Origin: Basidiobolus meristosporus CBS 931.73
Lineage: Eukaryota; Fungi; Basidiobolomycota
Reading direction: 5' to 3'
Assembly: GCA_002104905.1 (NCBI GenBank)
Contig: MCFE01000115.1
Coordinates: 100,147-164,146 of the forward strand
Length of the DNA stretch: 64,000 nt
Shown: positions 24,937 to 34,755 of the stretch, one piece after another
How positions within the stretch are numbered: the first letter of the stretch is position 1
Layout: every line of letters begins with the position of its first letter
Program-made: the position numbers and the translations under genes
The notes under the pieces: model-generated
Told to the model about the DNA's origin: nothing
Database searches by the model: none
What the model saw: the letters and a program-made list of their open reading frames with translations, nothing else

Positions 24937-25789
24937 GATAGTCTATTATCTGAATTACTCGGAATATTGCACCTAATGCGTTGTGTCAATTGTGGCTTTT
25001 GTGCATTTAGTAGCGAGAACTAAGCGAAAGAACATTTCTTGACTCTTTCATCGAATTCAATCTATAATTGAAGAGGTAGTAAATACTCACTTTATTGTAT
25101 ATTTTTATATATCCATTCCTTTACGTATTGTTCATTTTCTCCACAGCTGTTCAATTCTCCTCGTCATATAAAAACTTCCGGATACTTTAACTAAATCTGA
25201 TGGACCGAGGTCGAAAGGTATCAAAATGGAAAAAGATTGATGGATGAAGTCAGCTTAATTGACAAGCTTAGGCAGACAAAATTTAATACGAGCCTGGTCC
25301 TTCGTACTTGATTACTAACATGCCAGTTTTGGTACTTTGTATATGTAGGGTTTGGGAATCCTGATAATCATACTTAGAGTAGCTCATTTTCAGCGAGTTT
25401 GAAAGATAGAGTCAAGGCACCCAAGGTGAACTTTTACTATATAGAGTGCACTTTCCTTAAATATACCTATAGCTTGCCAAGGACCTGGCTACAGTTGGAC
25501 ATTCCTATACAACCTTAACTAGTTTTTGCACATGAATTTCAATTGTTTACTTCCACCCTTGTTTGTTTCAGCTTGATAGTCTGAGATACATTTGAGCATA
25601 CAGATAGCTCATTGTATTTTACAATGTAAATTCAATTTGAAGTGCACAAGTGGGTCTTCTATAAAACAGGTCTGCATATTAGCCCTTTTTAATTAGAACT
25701 GGTCATATCAAATTAACCAGTATGTAATGTTGATTTTGCTGATCATTGTATGGCCCTATAGCTCAGTACAAAGAGTGTCTCCCTTCAGA

Positions 25790-26060
25790 GGAGAAAGTCA
25801 TTGGTTTGACCCCCACCTGGGTTGGTGATAATTCTTTTGGTGAGATGTATCTCAATGACATAGGATGCAAACTTTTATCTCTGATTGAATGCTGATGAGT
25901 TTTCAAGACAAAGTACAAGGTTGATGGTACAGTTGAAAGATACAAAGCAAGACATGAAGCCAAGGGATACTCTCAAACAAAAGAAATGGATTACACTGCA
26001 CTAGTAGTAAAGTACGGTGTTATCAACTCTTACTCACCGATGATTGCAATATAAGTGAAA
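25790..26060 (+). mobile_element. Degenerate Ty1/copia reverse-transcriptase relic
   Basis: Translates as C**VFKTKYKVDGTVERYKARHEAKGYSQTKEMDY, matching the copia RT motif CKWVFKIK...GSVERYKARLVAKGYSQ; contains in-frame stops. Confidence 0.85.
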
Positions 26061-26180
26061 TAATGATTAACTTTACCCACTTCTGCTTCATAATGTAGTA
26101 AACTGGGTTTGGTTGCTGATGATTGCTGATGAATCTAGCAAAGCAACTGTTTGCCTTCCAGTGCGTCATCCAGAGCCAAC

Positions 26181-26579
26181 ATGCAACGCACTTTCCGCAT
26201 TCTATCCGCCTTAGTATTCCTATTTGGCGTGTCTTATGCATCACCCATTGCAACGTATGACAACCAGCAAGTAGACCAGGGCATCCCAGTGGACTTTGAC
26301 AATGAGCCATTAATGTCATACACACCAACATACTATCAGCTAGAGTCCCCAGACAACTATCCATTACTAGACAACGCTCAGACTCATTCTGCACAGAACG
26401 TTGAGGCACTTTCCAACCAGAATCAATATGAGCAAGTGCAGCAAGTAGATCAGATATTGTACCAACCATCTGCACCAACATATGTGCCATCATTTACTCC
26501 CAACGAGGATGACAATCAACCATTGTGTAAACGTTGTCAACAACGCTATTGTAGACGTGGATACAGAGGCGGCTTTTGA
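26181..26579 (+). CDS. Secreted Gln/Asn-rich precursor with a cationic C-terminal peptide (distant Y-family member)
   Basis: Signal MQRTFRILSALVFLFGVSYA; motif LLDNAQTHSAQNVEALSNQNQYEQVQQVDQILYQP shared with the Y genes; ends LCKR-CQQRYCRRGYRGGF. Confidence 0.75.
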   Translation: MQRTFRILSALVFLFGVSYASPIATYDNQQVDQGIPVDFDNEPLMSYTPTYYQLESPDNYPLLDNAQTHSAQNVEALSNQNQYEQVQQVDQILYQPSAPTYVPSFTPNEDDNQPLCKRCQQRYCRRGYRGGF

Positions 26580-26889
26580 CTCAACTGGATCATGTAAACA
26601 TTAGTTTGGCATTCATAATAAATCTCATCATATAATCACTATTTCTGTAAGCTATCCAACACATACATTTCTTTTACAAGCAATTTTTCAACAACTGATA
26701 TCAGGAAGAAACAGCGTAGACGTGACCACATGACAAGCAATAAGAATACTTCTGTCAGGCATATTAGACGTCAAAACCTTTATGCCCTCAGCATCATGAA
26801 CATTCTGGCAATGGCTCCTCATACGAATCATTTTGGCATTGTTCCCTCAAAAATACGTATAATAACAAATAAACTACTAAAATGGAATG

Positions 26890-26924
26890 GTGGTGAGCTA
26901 TCGTGGTGAGCTATCGTGGTGAGC
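26890..26924. repeat. 13-bp tandem repeat (GTGGTGAGCTATC x2.7)
   Basis: Direct reading of the sequence. Confidence 0.85.
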
Positions 26925-27099
26925 AATAGATGGAAGATTGTTGAAGCAATGAAGTACGTGGATCAATGGTATATAGGCTCAATTGGCTGTAGATTGTTTT
27001 GATTCTTGTTTTTGTGGTTTGATGATTGGGCCCCTAGAATAGCTATCAACATAGGATTAACTTTACTCTACTGTCATTGATTTCCGCATTTCATCTACA

Positions 27100-27280
27100 C
27101 ATTTCATCCACCTTAGTATCCTTTGCATCACCCATAGCTACATATGACAACCAGCAAGTAGAGCAGTCTCCAGAATACTGGAGTCCATTGTTGGACAACA
27201 CTCAGGCACTTGACCAGATATTGCACCAATCATGTGCAATCAATGGCAAGGATGAAAACCAAAGGGAGAGTAGCATGTAG
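27100..27280 (+). pseudogene. Internally deleted duplicate of the 26181 gene
   Basis: ASPIATYDNQQVEQ...PLLDNTQA.DQIL is colinear with 26181 but has large deletions and no ATG or signal start. Confidence 0.7.
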
Positions 27281-28908
27281 ACATTGATGCAGAGGTCACT
27301 GCTGATTAGCATTGCTACCTTTTAAAACCAGCGCAAACCTATGGGGACAAATAGGGTGTTGTAAAATTTGGAATTCCACCTATATATTCATCTAACTTGG
27401 TCACTTAGATCATTACCTTCAAATCCTAGAGAATACTGACCAAATTCCTTGTTGGGATTTACTTAGAATATTTACCCAGAACATGAAAATTAGATAAGTT
27501 GTCCAAACAGCCCCAAAATTTGCACACATGTTCTTGGGACTTTCCTTAACCTTTTCTAGGTGTTTGTAATGCCAAGACCATGTAAAAGTATAAATACTAC
27601 TTTTACACTCAATGAATTATTAAGTGAAATCCACATAATCTACTTGTCCTCCCAAATCACTTCCAATATCTCCAAGACTCTTACAACATAGGGAATATGT
27701 ATCACATAATCAAGTTTCCCTATTTTGCAAGCTCCAAAGTACTTTGTTTTTCTGTGAGTCAGCTCATACCAAGGAGGAAAAGAAACAGTCAAGATGGGTG
27801 GAAGTACCAAATAAGGATGAGATCAAGCTCCTTTTATCATGCAAATCAGTAGTGTGTGCATATTTTTAGTTAATGGTAGTGGACTATACCAATAAGCAGA
27901 ATCCCGACATAATTCACAACAATAAATTCATCATCATGAATTCTACCAATACTCAGGTTTCTTTCAACAGACGCAGCAATTGACTTTTCCATTGTAGTTT
28001 CTCAGAAATGCACTACTGGTTGATATTGCTGGACTGCTTTATTCTGCTCTAATCCTACCCTTGTTCTTGTGTTAGCATTGATCATACTTCTGCTACTACA
28101 TATTAGGCAAGTGTTGTATCTAAGAGAAAAGTGTAATAAAAACTCTTGAATGGTTTAACTGAACCAAAGGGACAATTAAGTGCAGAATCTTAAAATTACC
28201 AGAGAGTGGCAGAAATATCAGTAGAAAGGTTCTGACCTAATATTGGTCTTGAATATAGCTGGGTTTGGCTATAAAGGCAATGGAGTTGGTTTGCTATTCA
28301 GGCTAGGCTTGGTGTACTTAGGAGTGCTAGATATGCTAGGTTTGGGTAGAAACTAGAACATAATTATTGAATTCTTAATTTTTCTGAGACACACGCGCAG
28401 TGGAGCAGTCAGAGGTTGGCAAGTCTGAGTGGATGGTCATCAGTAGCCGCTACAACAAAGTGAGACTACCGACTTATTCTATTCCTACTTTTATGCAAAG
28501 TTGTGCGCTCACCTAAACATGCAGTTATGAATTTTGATTTTAATGATCAGAAAACTGTAATCGTAATCAAAAAAGTATGTCGTCGTATGAGTCGTTTTGC
28601 GTCTCACGAATAATACAATCGTATGTTGACTTAAACCAAAAATCACATTTACGGCATTTTGACCCCAAAAATCGGTACAATTATTTACAGTTCGATGGAA
28701 TGAGTAGATAAACATTGAAAATGGCGTTCAAACAGTTCTCCAAATGCGGTAGCTGATGCACAACGCTGATTGAGCTTCTCTATCCGGCTATGTTGCATGC
28801 ACTATTTCACCCTTGCCACCAACCAAATGTAAAGCGCCCCCGTTTCTCCGGTGTGTGTCGTTGTGAGGTATTGTAAAATGTCGATTCTTCTTGGACTGGT
28901 ACACTGTG

Positions 28909-29397
28909 TCAATTGTCAGCACAATGAGTGTATTGAATATTTTGTTCTTTCACGCATTGTGTCTCTATTACTGGGGTTGTGTACTGTACATCTTGGGTGG
29001 ACTGCATCAGAACGTAGGGAGAGAAAGAACTACAGTCATTTTGCTTGGCATATTCTAATGCGTTGCCCCGACCCTCCAGCTCAAGACTGGGCTCTGCTTG
29101 ATACTTGACACTGAAGCCTTTCTTGCTGCTGGCATTAGCAATGTTCAGGCTATCGTGCTTTCTGGTCACGGTGGTGAAAGCCTGACGCAATAACGGGGAT
29201 TGGATATTGGGCGTCTTAAAGACAGGTAAAACTCGAACGTTTTGATAGTAATCGTTCGCATACTGTACACATGGTAAACTGCGATAATGAACCCTTCTAT
29301 ACTCGCGAGTACATGGAGAAGAACAGCCGATTGGGGCAGCAACGGCAACTTGATTCGCGGCAAGGCTTAGAATCACTGCTATGGTAGTAGAGCGCAT
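28909..29397 (-). CDS. Secreted protein family X, copy 1
   Basis: Signal MRSTTIAVILSLAANQVAVA; four near-identical copies in the window; may be truncated relative to the ancestral ORF. Confidence 0.6.
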   Translation of the reverse strand: MRSTTIAVILSLAANQVAVAAPIGCSSPCTREYRRVHYRSLPCVQYANDYYQNVRVLPVFKTPNIQSPLLRQAFTTVTRKHDSLNIANASSKKGFSVKYQAEPSLELEGRGNALEYAKQNDCSSFSPYVLMQSTQDVQYTTPVIETQCVKEQNIQYTHCADN

Positions 29398-29734
29398 GCT
29401 GAAGAATAGCTGAGAAATAAGTTAGTTGCATACGACGCTATATAATAAGATTAAGCCGAGGGCATAAAGTGAGTATTATTAGATACATTCTGTTATGGAC
29501 TTTATTGAGGAAACCTGTAGCATATAAAACACATGCACTGGAATGACAGCCTCTGTGTATATGTATGGTTCTATCACCGCTGCCCATAATCCTCTTCAAT
29601 ACAAATAATGCCATTATGTACAACGATAAGGGACACTATTTCTGTGTGTGCATATCAGCAAATTTTTGAGTACTTGTACATCATCAGTATACCGAGTAAT
29701 ATGTTGCTCATTTTATTTCGTAAATTCACTTTTA

Positions 29735-30286
29735 CTAGATTTGATGTCTGTTTCCACTGAAATATCTAACTTTGAAGTGGCGACGAGCAGATCTCTTATA
29801 CTTCTTGTACCCACCTCTAAGCGCACGCGCTGCTGGCTGAGTGATGATAATTTGTGGCTGTTGCTGCTTGGGCCGGTAGAGGGTTTGATCAATGACTTGC
29901 GCTTGGTCGAACTGGTTTGAGTTGGATAAGGCATTGGCTTTACTGGCAGAATGGCCATTGATATTGTCCAGCAAGGCTTGGGATGGTTGAAGGTTGGAAA
30001 TGTCGAACCCTTGCAACCCAGAGAATCCTGACTGCTCACCCGAAATCTCGCTTGTCTGCATCGGCTCACTCATCTCCGAATCATCCCCCTCCTCAGTTGA
30101 CGGCTGGTATTCTTGACTAGGGACCGAGGTGTCCAGATAACACGCACCCTGTTGTTCGACACATGGCTCATTGGTGAAGGCTACTTGGGAGTCACCGAGT
30201 GGGGTAGCGGAGATTGCTTGCAACGAAGCAATGGCGGAAACTAGCAAGAGGAAGGAAAGCTGCATGACTGGCTGGTGGAGTCTCAT
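29735..30286 (-). CDS. Secreted protein family Y, copy 1 (the only copy with an intact frame)
   Basis: Signal MQLSFLLLVSAIASLQAISA; acidic region; N/Q motif; basic tail RALRGGYKKYKRSARRHFK. Confidence 0.7.
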   Translation of the reverse strand: MRLHQPVMQLSFLLLVSAIASLQAISATPLGDSQVAFTNEPCVEQQGACYLDTSVPSQEYQPSTEEGDDSEMSEPMQTSEISGEQSGFSGLQGFDISNLQPSQALLDNINGHSASKANALSNSNQFDQAQVIDQTLYRPKQQQPQIIITQPAARALRGGYKKYKRSARRHFKVRYFSGNRHQI

Positions 30287-30569
30287 GCGAATTTTGCCGA
30301 TTTATATTACCTCGATCCCGCTCAATTAGGCTTCGCTCATAGCACTAACTTTATACGAGCCAGATTGATTTAACCTGGGTGCCTCACCGTTTGCTAATTC
30401 TTAAAAAATGACCCCAAACCTTATGCCTAGCTAGCGATTCTCGTAGGTGAGACAGTGTATATACGAAGTAGTTAACAAAGTGGTATGGCAACAATGCATC
30501 CTTAGTTAGTCCTTCAGAGTATAAAGCTAGCAATAGACACTGAATAAGTGAAAGTAGACGTTGGGAATA

Positions 30570-30750
30570 GTGATGCTTCAAAGAGGGCACAGTAGTTCTT
30601 GACGCAGCTAGTGTTGTGAAAAACGCAGTCCGAGTCCTTGGTGCATGTCTGATATTCGGAGCTACTGCAAAAGGACTTTAGCGTTAGTAAGAGTGCAAGC
30701 TTACCGAATGATACCTATATGCTACCTTTGAATATTGTTGATGTAGCACT
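30570..30750 (-). pseudogene. Family Z 3' fragment (last exon and intron only)
   Basis: Exon SSSEYQTCTKDSDCVFHNTSCVKNYCALF and the TACTAAC intron are homologous to 38722-38900; the 5' part is replaced. Confidence 0.65.
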
Positions 30751-31092
30751 TAGCCTAACTGTCTACTATATTCACCCAATGTCTGACAATTATAAGTAAT
30801 ATTTAGCTTAGCTCTTGGACTATGTATATACTAGTATATGTTCAAACACTACTCCATAATTATTTGCATCGATCCGTGCTTTTACTGCATCTAGATATAG
30901 ATTATAGCATTTGGCATTTTGTTTCGAGAAATATACTATTATCAGTTTCCACTAAAATACCTAATTTTAAAGCGGCGTGATTATAAAATAGATTTGTATT
31001 TTCACTAAACTAAATTTTGATTATACCGGTCGAAGGTTTATTTATGATTCAAAGGTCAACCAGGTATTGGGTGTTGGGTATAGTAATGACAA

Positions 31093-31195
31093 AGCTTTCG
31101 AGTATCGGTTTGTGTGGCACAGGTTACGTAACCTCCTGAAGCGCAGATACCGAGTACCCCAATTCTCGAGGGGTCAACTTCACCCAAGGTGGTGA
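31093..31195 (-). pseudogene. Alpha/beta-hydrolase fragment (DLH/YcjY-like nucleophile elbow)
   Basis: [31 protein letters not shown]; no flanking exons found. Confidence 0.6.
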
Positions 31196-31241
31196 GATAG
31201 GATACAGGTGTGAGATAGGATACAGGTGTGAGATAGGATAC
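31192..31241. repeat. 18-bp tandem repeat (GTGAGATAGGATACAGGT x2.8)
   Basis: Direct reading of the sequence. Confidence 0.85.
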
Positions 31242-34200
31242 GACACATACAATGCAATATAATATAACAACCATAATAGGAGCCTAATTAGTTATTTGCC
31301 ATGCAATCATCTCCGGCCAACAACAATAGCATGAGTTGATAATCGCAATTTATTTGCCTACAAATGAGCTCATGCAAGGATTCAAAGCTTACGATACTAG
31401 TTATCTTTCATCAATCAAACTAAGGGATAAGAGCGTTTATTCAACTGTCAGTGGTATAAGTATAGGCTCCGTCATGAGCGGCATAGCAGAGTGCGTCAAG
31501 GTAAGTCAGTCTATCCAACATTCAGGTTCATCGGGCTAAATTGGTCTATTTTATAACACGTAGATCTTACAATGGCAAACTACCCTTTCAGCCGAGAATT
31601 CACTGATGAGGCCTTGGACAATAATGGACACAAGAGCTACTCCGAAAATGGAATGACCTTCTGTGTTGCAAGAGACACAGGGACAACTCCAGAATACCAC
31701 TACTCCTGGGGAAAGCTCAAAGAAAAGTTCAGAAATCGGCAGAACCTTAAGGGATACATCCTGTCAAGTGGAACTCAGTGGAGCTTTACTATCTGGAGAG
31801 ACTAAGAGACACATTACGCTCAGTTCAGATATGTGAGCGTGAATAAACAGTTTCTATATTGAAAGATGTCGGCTGTCCAAAGTAGGTTTATTGAGTATCT
31901 ATGGAAGTAACCAGTATTATGCTCATATACGGTTTGGTGAACACTTGTAACCTATGCGGAAATCAATTTTTAGCGTATTTTTAGCATATTTCAGCATATT
32001 ATGTCTGATTCCTTGCCACTGCAGTTGACAGATAAAACATGCATGACTGACAGTGCAGTCACCGTCACTGATGTCCAATTAGCAGCGAAGCCGTAATGGA
32101 TAAGGAGTGGATCACTCTACCGGTTACAACCATGGGAGAATTGCTTATTGGTACTACATGCGCACAGACCTAATCAGCACTATCAACGTCATAATACTCA
32201 AGAGCAATGACCAACAACAGACAAATACATGCGTAGGTACTGTGTTTACTCAACATCTTGGGGTTTGGGCGACAAGCATAATTGATATCCATAGCAGCGC
32301 AAAGCCCAAAGAACTCGACGTAACCTTTCATAAAAATCTCTATTTGTGGAGGGGGAGTTCCATGGCGATGATGCCGGGTTTTCCTTCCATCTCTACATCT
32401 CCGCTAATACTCAGTGGCCCTCTGTGTTCAAGGTGCGGTCCAGAGCTTCCTCGTGATTGCAAACAATCACTACGCCGAAACATCCAATAAGTCCACATAA
32501 CAGAGACATTTGGTACCTTAAGCCTTGCACTTCCACAATTTCCATTGATGTATTACTAGTTTCTTATGGAATATTAAATCCTCATGCGTATTTTTTGAAT
32601 CGTTACATTATTAAGTCGGTGCGAATCTTCCCTTTAATAACTTACTGCATGGTTAGGCCGTAACGTGTAACCATCAATCCATGGAGATGTTGGGGCTGCA
32701 CAGGCTTGGCTGTATAACTTACTGAGTGTCGTTGTTGCAAGAGATAACGAGTGTAGATATAAGACAATATATACTGATTGTCATGGGCGTCTTTGGCTTC
32801 ACCACAGTTGGCCATCCAGTCTTTGCATCTGGGGAAGCTCTGGCTCATGCCATGCTTGACCAATCCACTCAATGTAAGCAACTATTTATCTGGATGGTGC
32901 GTTGCCAGTGTGCAGTCAATCTGGATTGCTTGCTACAAATTGTTGCCGGCTGTATGGAAGGAGTGAGGCGTCATAATGCCGTAGTATTGAGTCACTGTCT
33001 GGGCGGGATAGATATAAAGCAGCAGTTGTGGACTTGTTAGTCTTCAGACTTATTGCACCCCACTTCCTCAGCTATGGTATCCAATCAAGAAGCCCGTTTG
33101 TATTCTGCTGATGTCAGAGAAGAAATTTCCAGAGCCAAGAGAGCTAACAACGGGAACTACGCCTCAGTCACAGTCAAAGGGATTTGCTGGACTTGCATAG
33201 GACCCGGAACTGGCGAGCTGTCCTTCAAGCAGATCCTCAAAGGGAGAAAGAGGACCGCCTGCGTGGATAGCCAGACATGGGTAATCTCGTAGGGTTTGGT
33301 TGGTGCCTACGTAGCCGGTGGACTCTTGGAGATGTTACTGTTAAGGATATTTAGCTGAAGCATTGTGAAATAAATGAGTTCAAATCCGCATTCCTTTGAC
33401 CCAGCTGTATTATGCTCATTGCACTGTGAGCATCTAACATATGCGTGAACTGCTACTTTGATCAGATATACGTGTACAACTGCCATGTACAGGCAGTTCT
33501 CGGTGTCCACATCCGTTCCAGCAATCAGTATCGTGTCACACGCTCCGTACTTCTGAAGACAATATTTTTCTGTTGCGGTCGATATGATATGGCACCCCTG
33601 AGGTCTTTGCTTTTGCCTTAGTAGCGTTGGCTTCCTTTAGAAAAGGCTTTGTTTAATTTCTGTTACCAAACAACCTAGATCTCAGCATATATCCTAAATA
33701 ACCTTGAGACCGTTAAGCATCTATCAGCAGGACACCACTTTGAATCTGTAACAGCTATTGTGCTGATCTATGTAAGTGCTGAAGAAATCAACGTGTTTCT
33801 AAGCAAGAAAAATAGAATATCTAGAACTCTTATTTTGAGTACTCCTGCAGCCATATAGGTATATTGCTAGATGCCAAGCTCCACAACCTCAGTTATTGTA
33901 CTTAGAAAGAGCATGGCAAATTTGGTGAGTTGCTGTTCAGTGCCTATTGGTCCACACTTCCAGGTGCAATATAGAGTGAAGCTTACAATCTGTTTACCCA
34001 CATTGACTTGTGCTTGACTAAATAGATGAAGTTGGAAATAAGCATTTGATTTACCCATATATTACTCAAATACTGTCTATTGGCAGTTTATGTATTTGGG
34101 AGCTTGCCTGTAGGTTAAGTGATCCTAATAGGGTGAATAAAGTGAATAGGCTTAATAACCTTTCACAAGATTTGGTAATATGCTATCATGAAATTCACAC

Positions 34201-34569
34201 ACAAGTATTACTGCTGGAAGCACTAGCCTAAGGTTTTTGCCAAAGGTTGATGATTCTCTAAACAGAATAGGAAACATTAAAGTGATTTATTTGCATCATA
34301 CAGGAGCACTAGGACTTTGGAAATCACTAATTAGTAATTATAATGGTATTCCGGGCCCTGATCTTATGGGAATAAATAGCCACATACATTTACTAGTGTA
34401 TTTATACTTTGACAGAGTAGGACTGTTATTTCTACTGGTGTACATGATGAGTAGCATGTATGGTTAGAACACCCCAACATACACTGTTACATAACTGCTG
34501 TTTACTTCTTTATCAAGCTACTATGTGTACTTACATTATTTCTAGCATTCAGCATTGAATGTATTGGAT

Positions 34570-34755
34570 TTATTGATCATCAGATACAGCATCTTTGGCC
34601 GGACTTGCATCCAGTATCCCAGAATACGGATCTCCAACGCACAAGGAGCCTCTTGAGTTCCCTTGGGCTTGGCACAAAAGAGCATATACGGAGCCGGAAC
34701 TGGAGCTGGCCACAAGAAAGGCGACCATCAAGGAAACAGCAAATTTCTTCATCAT
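34570..34755 (-). pseudogene. Defensin-like family D, copy 1 (frameshifted)
   Basis: A 22-bp deletion flanked by AAC microhomology, relative to copies 2-4, removes the CVSGSCPTGW coding frame and the terminal CC. Confidence 0.8.

Noticed and set aside
31380-31805. Two-exon gene joining the 31336 and 31572 ORFs
   Set aside because: The strong GTAAGT donor gives an early stop; the frame is restored only with a weaker donor, and no convincing start or signal peptide was found.
33300-33620. Isochorismatase-like string (LQKYGACDTILIAGTDV...C) on the minus strand
   Set aside because: Too short, differs by an indel in the paralogous copy, and no flanking motifs were found.
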